Below are positions 9,035 to 19,020 of a stretch of 54,475 nt of DNA, piece by piece. The number at the start of each line of letters is the position of its first letter. Position 1 is the stretch's first letter. The translations under genes and the position numbers were made by a program. Under the pieces are notes generated by a model, which worked only from the letters and a program-made list of their open reading frames with translations, searched no databases and was not told the DNA's origin. Source of the stretch: Myxococcales bacterium (GTDB taxonomy: Bacteria > Myxococcota_A > Polyangia > Polyangiales > Ga0077539); assembly GCA_013298625.1 (NCBI GenBank), contig JAAFIF010000068.1, forward strand, positions 1-54,475, read 5' to 3'.

Positions 9035-9784
9035 ATGACCGACGCACTGCGCATCGCGCGCTTGTCCAAGCGCTGGCCCAACGGGACGACCGCCCTCTCG
9101 GACATCGACCTCACCGTGGGCGGCGACGAGTTCGTCGCGATCCTCGGCGGCTCCGGAGCGGGCAAGAGCACGCTGCTCCGCTGCGTGGCGCGCTTGATCG
9201 AGCCGAGCGCCGGCAGCGTCGTGGTCGACGGCGTGGACGTGACCGCGGCCAAGGGCCGAGCGCTCACCAAAGCGCGCTCGCGCGTGGGCTTCGTGTTTCA
9301 GCAGTTCAACCTGGTTCCGAAATACACGGCGCTCGAGAACGTGCTGCTCGCGCGGGTCTCGCGGCACTCGTATTGGCGCGGTTTGCTCGGGCGATTCACG
9401 GACGAAGACCGCCTCGCGGCGCGCTCGGCGCTCGAGCGCGTGGGCCTCGGCGACAAGCTCGACGCGCCCGCGAGAGAGCTCTCTGGGGGACAGCAGCAGC
9501 GCGTCGCCGTGGCGCGCGCGTTCGCGCAAGAGCCCAGGCTGCTGCTCGCCGACGAGCCCACTGCGTCGCTCGACCCGCGGCTCGCCGAGGTCGTGCTCGA
9601 CCTGCTTCGCGACTACGGAAGAGCCAATCACGTCGCGGTGCTCGTCAACGTTCACGCGATCGAGCACGCGCGCAATTTCGCGACGCGCGTCGTGGGTTTG
9701 CAGAAGGGCGCCGTGGTCTTCGACGGCCCCGCGTCGAGCTTGGACGACGCCGCGGTCGAGCGCATCTACGGTGAGCGCAAGTGA
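9035..9784 (+). CDS. ABC transporter ATP-binding protein, PhnC-like
   Basis: Walker A GGSGAGKST, signature LSGGQQQRVAVARA, Walker B LLLADEP, and a PhnC-like C-terminus GLQKGAVVFDGP...RIYG. Confidence 0.8.
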   Translation: MTDALRIARLSKRWPNGTTALSDIDLTVGGDEFVAILGGSGAGKSTLLRCVARLIEPSAGSVVVDGVDVTAAKGRALTKARSRVGFVFQQFNLVPKYTALENVLLARVSRHSYWRGLLGRFTDEDRLAARSALERVGLGDKLDAPARELSGGQQQRVAVARAFAQEPRLLLADEPTASLDPRLAEVVLDLLRDYGRANHVAVLVNVHAIEHARNFATRVVGLQKGAVVFDGPASSLDDAAVERIYGERK

Positions 9785-9790
9785 GCGCGC

Positions 9791-10645
9791 TTACGGCGCG
9801 AGCGCGGTGATGAACGTCACGCAGCCGCGCGCGACGTAGATCGGGATCGAGCGCATGCGGCCTTCGAACGAGAGAACCACCTGCGTTTTCACAGGCATCG
9901 CGGGCGCGACGAGGTTGGGCACGATCGCCGTCCCCTGCGGGCCGCTCGAGTCGAGGATGCCGAAGAGCGCGCCGTCGGTCTCGTACGCGACCAGCGGCGC
10001 AGGGCCGCCAGCGAACACGACGCGCACGCCTCGGACGCGGGCGCGCAGGGCGTTTTCGACCTCGATCACCACGTGGGCGAGCGAGGGATCGACGGTGATG
10101 CCCGTCGGGGCCATCGCTTCAGCGAGGCGCGCGGGCGTGACGGACAAGATCGAGACGTCCTCGCCGTCGCTGCGGTAGTGGCCGATCGCGCACTGACCGG
10201 GCGTCGGAGGGACCGCGCGCAGCGGGGCGATGCGCTCGTCGTCGACGGGCGCGGTGAGCGTGAAGCCGCCGCGTGGGTCGGTGAGCACGGGCATCATGGC
10301 GTTGTCGGTCAGCGAGCGAACGGACCAGCCCGCGACCGCGACGGTGTTTTCGGCGCGGATGCGGGGGAGGGCGCGGACTTCGCCGACCGTTCCTCGCACG
10401 GCGATCGAGGCGCTCGGCGCGCTGTCGGTGGACGCGTCTGCGCCGCGCACGCCCGAGTCGTACGGCCCCGCATCCGGGTCGCCCGGAACATTGGGAAACC
10501 TCGGCGTCCCCGTCGAACACGGCTCCATCGCGCACGGCGGCGGCGGCGCCATCACAGGCCCACAATGCGCCAACAGCGCTCCGGCCGACGTGGCCAAGAC
10601 GAGAGCAACCCCAGCGCGCACACGCGTGAACGGTCCCTGCATCAC
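9791..10645 (-). CDS. secreted hypothetical protein
   Basis: 284 aa with very high GC3. Signal peptide MMQGPFTRVRAGVALVLATSAGALLAHC. Confidence 0.6.
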   Translation of the reverse strand: MMQGPFTRVRAGVALVLATSAGALLAHCGPVMAPPPPCAMEPCSTGTPRFPNVPGDPDAGPYDSGVRGADASTDSAPSASIAVRGTVGEVRALPRIRAENTVAVAGWSVRSLTDNAMMPVLTDPRGGFTLTAPVDDERIAPLRAVPPTPGQCAIGHYRSDGEDVSILSVTPARLAEAMAPTGITVDPSLAHVVIEVENALRARVRGVRVVFAGGPAPLVAYETDGALFGILDSSGPQGTAIVPNLVAPAMPVKTQVVLSFEGRMRSIPIYVARGCVTFITALAP

Positions 10646-10685
10646 GCGATCGACCGTAGCGCGGGCGAGCGCTTCCGGCGAGCTT

Positions 10686-11558
10686 TCAGACCGAGCGCAG
10701 GTTGTTGTCCGCGTCGAACGCAGCGTCCGTTTGAAACAGCGCGATCAGCCCTTCGATCACCGACACGATCGCCGGAACGCCCGTCCACGACGTGAGCAGA
10801 TAGATCAAACCCCACACGGGCTTGCCCTGATAGAACTTGTGCAACCCGATGAATCCCAGGAGAAACGCGAGGATCGCGAACACCGATCGATTGGCGTTTC
10901 CCACGCGGACCACGCCCGACGGCTGCGCAGCGTAGCCGTACGGCATCATCCCCGACGGCTGCATCATCGGCATCATCTGCGGCTGCTGCTGCACCATCAC
11001 GTGAACGACGGTGGCCGTCGTCGCGAGCGGGTACTGCTGTTGCGGCGCCGTGTACGCCGCGGGCAGCGGCTGCGGCGGCATCGCGTACGGCATGGGCGCA
11101 GGCTGCGGCGGCATCGCGTACGGCATCGGCTGCGCGTACGGCGCAGGCATCGCGTGCTGCGGCGCGTGCGCGAGCGGATACTGCTGCTGGGGCGCGTACG
11201 CGGGCTGCGGGGCATATGCAGGCTGCGGCGCGTACGCGGGCTGCGGCGCGTACGCGGGCTGCGGCGCGTACGCGGGCTGTGCGTAGGGCGCGGGGGCCAC
11301 GGGCGGCGCGTAGGCGGGCGCTGGCTGGCCGTACGCGGGATGCGCGTAGACGGGAGTGGGCTGCGGCTGCCGCGGAGGCTCTTGTCCCGCGGGCTGCGCG
11401 TACACGGGCGCGGTCGCGCTCGAGGGCGAGGGAGGGGGCCACACGCCCACTGTCGCGAGCGCGCTGCTCGAGGTCGGCTTGGAGGACGCGACTGCAGGCT
11501 GCTCGTCGGAGCTCGCAGGAGTCGCTGGCGTCGGCTGCGACGGATCGTCGTTGTTCAT
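10686..11558 (-). CDS. TM2-domain membrane protein with N-terminal Pro/Ala/Tyr/Gln-rich repeat region
   Basis: C-terminal TM2 domain NRSVFAILAFLLGFIGLHKFYQGKPVWGLIYLLTSWTGVPAIVSVIEGLIALF. The N-terminus carries (PAYAPQ)n. The start ATG overlaps the upstream gene's stop (ATGA). Confidence 0.75.
   Translation of the reverse strand: MNNDDPSQPTPATPASSDEQPAVASSKPTSSSALATVGVWPPPSPSSATAPVYAQPAGQEPPRQPQPTPVYAHPAYGQPAPAYAPPVAPAPYAQPAYAPQPAYAPQPAYAPQPAYAPQPAYAPQQQYPLAHAPQHAMPAPYAQPMPYAMPPQPAPMPYAMPPQPLPAAYTAPQQQYPLATTATVVHVMVQQQPQMMPMMQPSGMMPYGYAAQPSGVVRVGNANRSVFAILAFLLGFIGLHKFYQGKPVWGLIYLLTSWTGVPAIVSVIEGLIALFQTDAAFDADNNLRSV
11193..11293 (-). repeat. In-frame 18-bp tandem repeat (about 5 units) encoding PAYAPQ
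   Basis: gcgtacgcgggctgcggc repeated head-to-tail with minor variants. Confidence 0.6.
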
Positions 11559-12496
11559 CGCGATGAGGACTCCGACGTAGACGCCGGCAGCTGCGCAGGC
11601 GGGTCGATCAGCTCGCGAAACACGTACGTCACGATGCCGATCTCGGGGTCGAGCTCGACGTCGACGTAGTGCGAGCGGGCCATGGATTGCAGCGCTTTCT
11701 CTGCTTCATCGAGGGTGATGCCGAGGCCTTGGGCCGTGGACGTCACCGTCAATCGTCCCTTTTTCTGTCCCGCGAGCGCCAAGAGCTGCACTTGAACTTC
11801 GGGGTCGAGGTCGACCTTGCCGCGCGCGCGTCTGCGCTGGCGAAGGAGCCACACTCCGAGGCCGCCCGTGACGCCGCTGGCGACCGCGGCGGACGCGAGC
11901 ACCGCGCCCACGGGCACGACGAAGAAGGTCACCGTGGCCAGCGCTGTCGCGAGGATGAGCCCGCTCGTCGCGATCGAAAGCGCGCCCACCGAGCCTGCGT
12001 CGCCGCCGCCGTAGCGCTCGCCGTTGCGGGCGAGGCCTTCTGGGTCGCGCACGGCCAGGCCCGACTCACCGGGCGCTCCCGCGCCGAGCTCCGGCGGTTG
12101 CGGGTGCGTCCATCCGGGTGCGTACGCAGCGGGCGCGTAGCCTCCGGGCGTGACCGTCGCGGGCAACGGGGGCATCGGCTGCATCGCTGGCGGCGCGTAC
12201 GGCGCGTACGGGGGATACGCGGGTTGCGCGGGCGCGCCGGTGGTGACCGTGACCGAGACCGTCGTGCCTTGCTGCGCGCCCGGCATCATGGGATGCGGGT
12301 ACGGCATGGATGGCATCGGTGGTTGCGCGCCGTACCCGTACGGGACGGTCCCAGGCGGAATCGCCGGAGCTCCCACGGGATAGTAGGGCGCTTGTGGATA
12401 TGGAGCCGCCGATGGGTGCGGTGGTGCGGGCACCAGCGTTCCGTCAGGGGCAAGCATGTAGCCGGGCGGGATGGCACCCGGACCCCAATGCGTCAT
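11555..12496 (-). CDS. Pro-rich membrane protein, hypothetical
   Basis: 313 aa with a proline-rich N-terminus, TM segments (LSIATSGLILATALATVTFFVVPVGAVLASAAV) and a structured C-terminal domain. Its stop overlaps the start of the TM2-domain gene. Confidence 0.6.
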   Translation of the reverse strand: MTHWGPGAIPPGYMLAPDGTLVPAPPHPSAAPYPQAPYYPVGAPAIPPGTVPYGYGAQPPMPSMPYPHPMMPGAQQGTTVSVTVTTGAPAQPAYPPYAPYAPPAMQPMPPLPATVTPGGYAPAAYAPGWTHPQPPELGAGAPGESGLAVRDPEGLARNGERYGGGDAGSVGALSIATSGLILATALATVTFFVVPVGAVLASAAVASGVTGGLGVWLLRQRRRARGKVDLDPEVQVQLLALAGQKKGRLTVTSTAQGLGITLDEAEKALQSMARSHYVDVELDPEIGIVTYVFRELIDPPAQLPASTSESSSR

Positions 12497-12552
12497 TCGC
12501 GAACGAACCTCGACAACGATTCTAGACTCCGCCCCTGCAGAGGGCCACTCCG

Positions 12553-14649
12553 ATGAACCTTCGCTCGCAGACTGAGCTCATCTCCGCTTTTCTGGCGCTC
12601 TCGATCGTCGCGGGGGTGCTCTTGCGCGAGCGCAAGCGGCGGCTCCACTGGCTGTTCGCGGCGTTCGGCGGGACCGTCGGGCTCTGGTTCGCGGCGCTGT
12701 TTCTCCGCACGCGGTTTCCGTCGGTCACGCTGTGGTCGCACCTCGCGTCGGTCTCGCTGGTGATCTTGCCGCAGTTCGGCGTGCGGTCGCTGCGAGCGTT
12801 TCTCAGCGAGTCCGCGCTCAAGCCGAGCCGGCTGCTCGCGTGGGCCACGGGGCTCGGCGTCCCGCTGCTCGTGCTCGCGATCTCGCCCTGGCACGCGCAC
12901 ACGGCCGCCAAAGCAGCGCTGTCGATCTACGTCGTGGGGCTCTTCGCCGCGCTCGCGTGGGAGTTCTTCACGAAGTCCCGCGCGGCGCCGTCGCGCGTCG
13001 AGCGCGCGCGCGCGGGCTATCTCGCGGGTGTCTCCGCTGCGACGACGGTGGTGTTCTTCACGGACCTCCTGCCGTTCACGGGCATCGACGTCGGACCGGT
13101 CGGGACGACGCTGGTCTTGATCGTCTTGTTCATGCTCTCGCAAGTGATGGAACGCTCGCGGCTCGTGGACCTCTACGAGCTCACCGCGCGCCTGGTGGTG
13201 CTCACCGCCCTCGCGTTCGTGCTGGCTGGCGTCTACTACCTGCTCGTGGACTGGGCGCGCGGACAAGCGCCGTACGTGCTCAACGCGATCGTGGCCTCGC
13301 TGGTGATCTTGATTCCGCTCGATCCGCTGCGGGCCAAGACCGAGGCGCAGGTGGCGCGGTTCTTCTTTCGCGAGCGCTTCGACTTGGAGTCGACGGTGGA
13401 CGCGCTGCGCTCGAAGCTCGCGCACGTGCTCGAGCTCGACGAGCTCGGACGAGAGCTCATCGACGGCCTCGCGGCCTCGCGAAGGGTCACCAACGCGGCG
13501 CTGTACTTCGCGGACGCGGAGCGCAAGGGGCTCGATCGGTTCGTGCATTTGGGCGCGGTTCCGCCGGACCGAATCGAGTTTGCGTCGGTGCGGCCGCTGC
13601 TCGATCGCGTGGCGCGCGACGGCGCGGCAGTGGCCGAGCAGCTCGAGCGAGACGCGAGCGACGCGCGCGAGCGCGGAGAGATCCGCGAGGCCGTCGAGCT
13701 CAGCGAGGTGTCCGCGCACTTGCGACGGCACATGGCGTCCGTGGCGATCCCTGTGCTCGACGCGCAGAACCAGCTCGTCGGGATGCTCTTGCTCGGAGAC
13801 GACCGGATCGCAGAGCCGTTCAGCGCAGAAGAAGTGCAGATCCTGCGGTCGCTCGGCGCGCAGATCTCGGTCGTGCTCGAGAACACGCAGGGGCACTTGC
13901 GGATCAAAGAGCGCGATCGATTGGCGGCGATGGGCGAGATGGCCGCGGGTCTCGCGCACGAGATCCGCAACCCGCTCGGCAGCATCAAGGCCGCCGTGCA
14001 ATTGATGCAACCGCAGGCGGTCTCGGGGACGACCGAGGCCGAGTACCTCGGGATCATCGCCGAGGAGGTCGATCGGCTCGACCGCGTGGTGCGCAACTTC
14101 CTCGACTACGCGCGGCCGGGAAAGGGCGACTCCGAGCTGGTCGACCCGCGCGAGGCCGTGCAGCGGACGTTGCAGATCGTGCAGAGCGATCTGCCTGGGA
14201 CGGTGCAGGTGCACTTCGTGGCGGAGCAGGATGTTCCGGCGGTGCGGATGGACCCTGCGCACTTGCGGCAGGTGGTGATGAACCTCGTGCGCAACGCGGT
14301 CGAGGCGATGGACTCGAAGGGCAGCGTGACGGTGGTGGTGCAGCGCAAGGCGAGCGGTCCGGCGATGGCCGAGATCGTCGTGCGCGACTCGGGGCCGGGC
14401 ATCGACGCGAAGCTGGTTCCGAAATTGTTCACGCCGTTCGTGACGACGAAGGCGCACGGGACGGGCTTGGGGCTCGCGATCTCGCAGCGGCTCGTGGCGG
14501 GCGTCGGCGGCCGCATCGAGCTGCGCACGCAGAGCGGAAGAGGGACGACGTTTGTCGTGGCGATCCCGGCGGCCGAGACAGCGCGCGAATCGGGGCGGCC
14601 GAGCCTCGCGCCGGCGGCGAGCCGCGGCGAAGACGCGGCGCGGGCGTAG
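12553..14649 (+). CDS. sensor histidine kinase (multi-TM N-terminal domain, GAF, HisKA, HATPase_c)
   Basis: H-box MGEMAAGLAHEIRNPLGSIKAAVQL; N/G boxes NLVRNAVEAM, VRDSGPGID, GTGLGLAISQRLV; N-terminal hydrophobic helices. Confidence 0.85.
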   Translation: MNLRSQTELISAFLALSIVAGVLLRERKRRLHWLFAAFGGTVGLWFAALFLRTRFPSVTLWSHLASVSLVILPQFGVRSLRAFLSESALKPSRLLAWATGLGVPLLVLAISPWHAHTAAKAALSIYVVGLFAALAWEFFTKSRAAPSRVERARAGYLAGVSAATTVVFFTDLLPFTGIDVGPVGTTLVLIVLFMLSQVMERSRLVDLYELTARLVVLTALAFVLAGVYYLLVDWARGQAPYVLNAIVASLVILIPLDPLRAKTEAQVARFFFRERFDLESTVDALRSKLAHVLELDELGRELIDGLAASRRVTNAALYFADAERKGLDRFVHLGAVPPDRIEFASVRPLLDRVARDGAAVAEQLERDASDARERGEIREAVELSEVSAHLRRHMASVAIPVLDAQNQLVGMLLLGDDRIAEPFSAEEVQILRSLGAQISVVLENTQGHLRIKERDRLAAMGEMAAGLAHEIRNPLGSIKAAVQLMQPQAVSGTTEAEYLGIIAEEVDRLDRVVRNFLDYARPGKGDSELVDPREAVQRTLQIVQSDLPGTVQVHFVAEQDVPAVRMDPAHLRQVVMNLVRNAVEAMDSKGSVTVVVQRKASGPAMAEIVVRDSGPGIDAKLVPKLFTPFVTTKAHGTGLGLAISQRLVAGVGGRIELRTQSGRGTTFVVAIPAAETARESGRPSLAPAASRGEDAARA

Positions 14650-14704
14650 CGGGGAGAGGGCGGGGGCGGGGCGGAGCGCCGCAGTCGTGGGGATGAAGCG
14701 CTGC

Positions 14705-15529
14705 TCAGTCGGCGATGCGAAATGAGAAAAAGACGGTTTCTCCGATTACATCGATTGAGCGCCCATCTGCGACGAAACTGCGCCGCGAAGCTGTGCTGAT
14801 CTCTGCGGTGCGACTTCGATACGGGGCGATCACCTCGAGAGCAGCGGGTGACACTTCGAGGGTGTTCACCGATGGAGACCAGCAGCTCAGCTGCAAGTTG
14901 GGGTCGAGTTGAATCGTGAGATGCAGCTCTTCCGTGCGGGCGTCAGGCGGAGCGATAACGGGAATCACCAAGGGCGTCGCTGGGATCCATCGATAGTCCT
15001 CGGCGGCATTCCAAGCGGCCGCGGCCCGGAGGGCAACCGGCAAGCCCGCGCCCGTCGAAAACGCAGGAAACGCGTCGTCGTGCAGCTTGTCGGCAGAAAA
15101 CCAGCTGAGTTGATCGGCTGCCGCGGTCGTGACGTCACCGACGTATTCGCCAGCGGGTGACGTTGCCTCGATTGTTGCGGTCATCGAGCCCGCTCGCACC
15201 TCGATTGGCGCTCCGCGAACGAGCAACGTCGAATCATCGCGCCATGTACGACGCAACGTACACTCTCCGGCCGTACGTTCGCTGGTCCACGCAATGCGAG
15301 CGTCGACGCGGACAAGCGCGGCACGAAAGACTGCGGGGCGACCACCACCAGCGTACCGAACGAGAGAAATCTCGCTCGTCGGACCGACGACAGCGACGTC
15401 GGATGAGTCAGAATCGAGCGCTCTCGCGTCGCTCGCGGCGTCCGGGGTGAGAGTGGGCGGAGCGCACGCTACGTTCTGCAGCGTCACAACACAGACAACG
15501 CTCAGTCGTCGAGGCGAATGTCTATTCAT
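14705..15529 (-). CDS. hypothetical lipoprotein
   Basis: 274 aa with N-terminal RRLSVVCVVTLQNVACAPP. It overlaps the upstream gene by 8 nt. GC is slightly lower than the surroundings. Confidence 0.5.
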   Translation of the reverse strand: MNRHSPRRLSVVCVVTLQNVACAPPTLTPDAASDARALDSDSSDVAVVGPTSEISLVRYAGGGRPAVFRAALVRVDARIAWTSERTAGECTLRRTWRDDSTLLVRGAPIEVRAGSMTATIEATSPAGEYVGDVTTAAADQLSWFSADKLHDDAFPAFSTGAGLPVALRAAAAWNAAEDYRWIPATPLVIPVIAPPDARTEELHLTIQLDPNLQLSCWSPSVNTLEVSPAALEVIAPYRSRTAEISTASRRSFVADGRSIDVIGETVFFSFRIAD

Positions 15530-16358
15530 AGATGATCCCAGCGGCTACGCGCTCTGTCCGAACCTCGACGTCGAGCGCCTGGGGAGTGAGCGTCGCGCGG
15601 TCAATGTTGACGGAGGACACGTACAGATCGATCCGTCCCGGCGGGATGACCGCGCGAACAGCTGGCGACAAGGTGTACTCGCCGCGATCGCTACGAACGT
15701 TGCAAACGATGCTAGTGTCTTGCGAGGGCGCAGCGAAGCTGATGCGCAGCCGCACATCGCACGGCAGCGACGGACGTCGCCACCGAACCGTGAGCGAGTC
15801 GAAGACCGCCCGCGCCCGCCGGGAGGAGCCCGGCTCGGGCGATAGCAACTGGAGCGCAGGTGGAATGCGCAGCGAAGACGAGAAACGCGTCGTGCCGAGA
15901 CCGAGAGACTCGACGCGAACCGCGAGACCGTCGTTGGGTGTCGGTAGTGAAATCATGGCAAAGTAAGAATTCATGGCAGTGGGAGAGAACTCTTCGACCA
16001 AGCCAGACCACGATACTCGCACCGGTCCGACGGAGGCAGGTTGCTGGTCGTGAAAGACCGTGCGCGTCGAGCATTCTCCAAAGGCCCGTTCCTCAACGCG
16101 TCCAAACATGCCTCCACCGAACGAGAAGCGGCCCGCAGCGCCGTCGGCCCACGGACGCTCGGTGATCCAGAACCAACCAGCGAGAGGCCGCGGCGCAGTG
16201 GACCCGTCCGACCCGAGGCTTACGTCTGCGCGCTCGACGCCGGTGTCGACGACAACAGCATCGCGAGGATCGACATCCGCGTCGATTGCTGGGGTCACGG
16301 ACGCGCCGCACCCAACGAGCGTCGCGACCACCACGGATACGAGTGGACGTCCGCTCAT
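15522..16358 (-). CDS. hypothetical lipoprotein
   Basis: Start MSGRPLVSVVVATLVGCGAS (lipobox LVGCG). Its ATG overlaps the stop of the upstream Cys-rich gene (ATGA at 16355-16358). Confidence 0.5.
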   Translation of the reverse strand: MSGRPLVSVVVATLVGCGASVTPAIDADVDPRDAVVVDTGVERADVSLGSDGSTAPRPLAGWFWITERPWADGAAGRFSFGGGMFGRVEERAFGECSTRTVFHDQQPASVGPVRVSWSGLVEEFSPTAMNSYFAMISLPTPNDGLAVRVESLGLGTTRFSSSLRIPPALQLLSPEPGSSRRARAVFDSLTVRWRRPSLPCDVRLRISFAAPSQDTSIVCNVRSDRGEYTLSPAVRAVIPPGRIDLYVSSVNIDRATLTPQALDVEVRTERVAAGIIYE

Positions 16359-18775
16359 GGGCAATTCACGAACTCGCCCATGATTTGGAGTTTGCACAGC
16401 CCAGCCGCCACAACCAGCGGCGGCTGGCATTGAGCTGAGCCACACTGGTTATTGCATGCAGGTTGATCACATCCTCCGCACCCTTCGCAGGTGCTGCCGT
16501 TGCACACCAATCGAACGCCCGCACCGGTATCCCGACACCACTGCCCATCGCAGCATGGTTGCCCTGCCGATTGACCGCAGGCCTGGCACGTCACATCGGG
16601 CTGGCCCCCGCCGCCACTCGTGGCGGGATTGTGTCTCGGCAATAGCTGAGCGGTGGTGCAAGCAAAACCCGGCACGCAGCGCCGCGGGGACAGAGCGAAG
16701 GCAGGCACGGTTGCGCCACAGAACAGTGGCTCTTCGACCAAATCGACCATGCGGCGCTGCTCTGCAGGAAGTCCCGCGAAGAGCGGATTCGAAATATTTA
16801 CAAAGTCCTGAATCGGGGTGAGCGGCGGCAGCGGCTGGGCTCCGCTCGCACCGCGAATTCGATTGAAAGTGTTCGCAAGGTCCAAGTCGCAGCACATCTG
16901 ATTCGGACCGCCGCAGGGTTCGCACGTCCCTTGCGGTCCGCAGATTCCACCGGCTCGACACCGTGAACCTTGCGGGATGACCACATCCGAATCGGGAGAA
17001 CCGACCGGCGTATGCACGAACCCGCTTGCGCCAATCGCGGCCGGACAACAAATTTCGCCAAGGTCGCCGCAACGCGGCCCTGGAGTGGGGATGCCGGTCA
17101 CGTCGATGCTGTCGGCGAATCGGCGATCGAGGCACACGTTGGCTACGCACACGAGGTTCGGCGTGATGACGCCGCCGAACGCCGTCGGAGGCACATCGCC
17201 GATCGGGCCCGTTGGCGACACCCCTACGAACGGAGCTGACACCATCGACGCCCCGCAGGACGGAGCGTGCTTGTTATCGCGACCAGAGCAACACCGCTCG
17301 CCTTCTTGGCCACACGGCATACAAACGGTGGCGCGCTCGGTCTGTCGAAACGGCGCGCCAAACGTAGGAGTGACCGGAAACGGCCACGGACTCGCGACCA
17401 GCTCTGACCCAGCCATCGCAGTGCACTCAGTCCCCGACGGACAGCGGAGTGCTACCGGAATAGGATTTGCTACCGCAGAGAGCAGACTGAAGTCCTCCGC
17501 GATACCAGGATCGCAGCCGGCTCGGCAAACGCGCTGTGGCGAAGTCGGCGCTCCCGTCTGTCCTACCGGCTCGACAGGAACACAACGGCTCGGCGCCGAT
17601 CCGGTGTTGCAACAATCGCGGTCCTGATCGCAACCCTGTCCCGGAGCTCGGCAGCACCGAAACTGACCGAAAGAAATGTTCAGCCCGTTCGGTGCTGCCG
17701 CCGCATTGTCCGCGCGACACGCGTCGTTGTTCAACCGACACGGATTTACGTTGTCCGCCGGACTGCCTGCCACTGGCGACTCCGCTGGCGTGTAGACGCG
17801 AGTGCTGGTATCGACGTAGGCATAGCGCGACGGTCGCGCGTCCGGTGGCAGCCGACACGTGCCGTCCGGTCGTCGGTCCGCAGCAGGACACCATTCAGCC
17901 CTAGCAACGGTGTCGAGCACCGAGCGCGTCTCGTAGCTTGCCGGTGGCGCGCACGTCTCCCCGTGTGGACTGTCACGCACGCAAACGTTTACCAATCCAC
18001 TCAGAGGATTGCCAGACGTTCGCAGATGCGGCTCACATCGGTAGTCGTAGGAGATCGGCGGACCCGCGGCCGTTGCGGCAAGCGTCTGTGGCGGCTGGCA
18101 GGCGTTCAACCCGCCGACGGCCGAATCGCACCGACGCATACAGACCCTGCCAGTCGCGCCATCAAGCCGACGCATGCAGACCATGCCCGGTCCGCACGCG
18201 CGACACGGTTGAGCCGCACCGCCCGCGACGACTCCGGTCCACTCCCCGTCACAGGTCGCGCCCTCTGTGATCGCGCCGATACACATGCCCGGAGCGTTGG
18301 GAGCATTTGGCACGCCAGCGGCGAAGCAACTTGCAGGGCGGCAGTGCTGAAACGGCTGCTGGGTACACGCGCTGTTCGCCGACCCGAGCGGTTGCATTGG
18401 ATCACAGTACGGTGACGCGAGCGCTCCGTCGAGGGGCGCGATCGACTGGCATGTTCCCATGTTCGGTAGACAACTCGAAGTGTCGCCGCACGGCTGACAA
18501 CGCATGTTGGGCCCGCAGACAAGCGGCACTCCTAGATTCTGCGGGTTGCACGGATCGAAGTCACAAGGAGCACCGACTCGCGTCGTGACGTCTGCGCATT
18601 GCCCGACGCAGACTTTGCGCTGCCACGGTCTGCATGCTGCGAGAAAGCCCCTCCCGGGATTCGCAAATGGATCGATCGTCGGCGGACAGCCAGTCAAGAC
18701 TAGCAATCCGACCAAGCTGATCCAGGAAAAGCCGAAGCTGACACGAAGTCGAGCGCCAGAACTGCGGTTGCCCAT
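16355..18775 (-). CDS. large cysteine-rich lipoprotein, hypothetical
   Basis: Start MGNRSSGARLRVSFGFSWISLVGLLVLTGCPP (lipobox). About 100 Cys in CxxC, CxC and GxCxPC patterns. Confidence 0.6.
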   Translation of the reverse strand: MGNRSSGARLRVSFGFSWISLVGLLVLTGCPPTIDPFANPGRGFLAACRPWQRKVCVGQCADVTTRVGAPCDFDPCNPQNLGVPLVCGPNMRCQPCGDTSSCLPNMGTCQSIAPLDGALASPYCDPMQPLGSANSACTQQPFQHCRPASCFAAGVPNAPNAPGMCIGAITEGATCDGEWTGVVAGGAAQPCRACGPGMVCMRRLDGATGRVCMRRCDSAVGGLNACQPPQTLAATAAGPPISYDYRCEPHLRTSGNPLSGLVNVCVRDSPHGETCAPPASYETRSVLDTVARAEWCPAADRRPDGTCRLPPDARPSRYAYVDTSTRVYTPAESPVAGSPADNVNPCRLNNDACRADNAAAAPNGLNISFGQFRCCRAPGQGCDQDRDCCNTGSAPSRCVPVEPVGQTGAPTSPQRVCRAGCDPGIAEDFSLLSAVANPIPVALRCPSGTECTAMAGSELVASPWPFPVTPTFGAPFRQTERATVCMPCGQEGERCCSGRDNKHAPSCGASMVSAPFVGVSPTGPIGDVPPTAFGGVITPNLVCVANVCLDRRFADSIDVTGIPTPGPRCGDLGEICCPAAIGASGFVHTPVGSPDSDVVIPQGSRCRAGGICGPQGTCEPCGGPNQMCCDLDLANTFNRIRGASGAQPLPPLTPIQDFVNISNPLFAGLPAEQRRMVDLVEEPLFCGATVPAFALSPRRCVPGFACTTAQLLPRHNPATSGGGGQPDVTCQACGQSAGQPCCDGQWCRDTGAGVRLVCNGSTCEGCGGCDQPACNNQCGSAQCQPPLVVAAGLCKLQIMGEFVNCP

Positions 18776-19020
18776 TTCTCGAACTGCCCCAATCGTCGAA
18801 GGTTGCTTCGCATGCTGAAGGAGCGAACACAGCCTCTCCCCCAAACTTCGAGGAGACTCGCGTATCGCGACGCTCACGTCAAGGTCGGGCGGTCGAAAAA
18901 GCTCGCTGCGTCACGTTGGCTCCTGCGCTCGTGAAGAAACACCAGTGATGTCAGCGGTGGAATCATCGCTGCCTCGCGCTCTCTTCTCCCCTAGTCTCGG
19001 GGCAATTGCGCAGTACGCTC

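Noticed and set aside
12493-14457. 654-aa minus-strand ORF, plus the other long Arg-rich ORFs (59..1018, 1760..2674, 3196..3368 tail, 8276..9667, 19325..22252, 20752..22362, 25533..27053, 27261..28322, 28073..29764, 28683..30704, 44320..47442, 44846..46024, 47459..49477, 49380..53303)
   Set aside because: These are typical high-GC antisense or out-of-frame artefacts. They have Arg/Gly/Ala-dominated composition and no domain signatures, and each overlaps a gene with clear homology on the other strand or frame.
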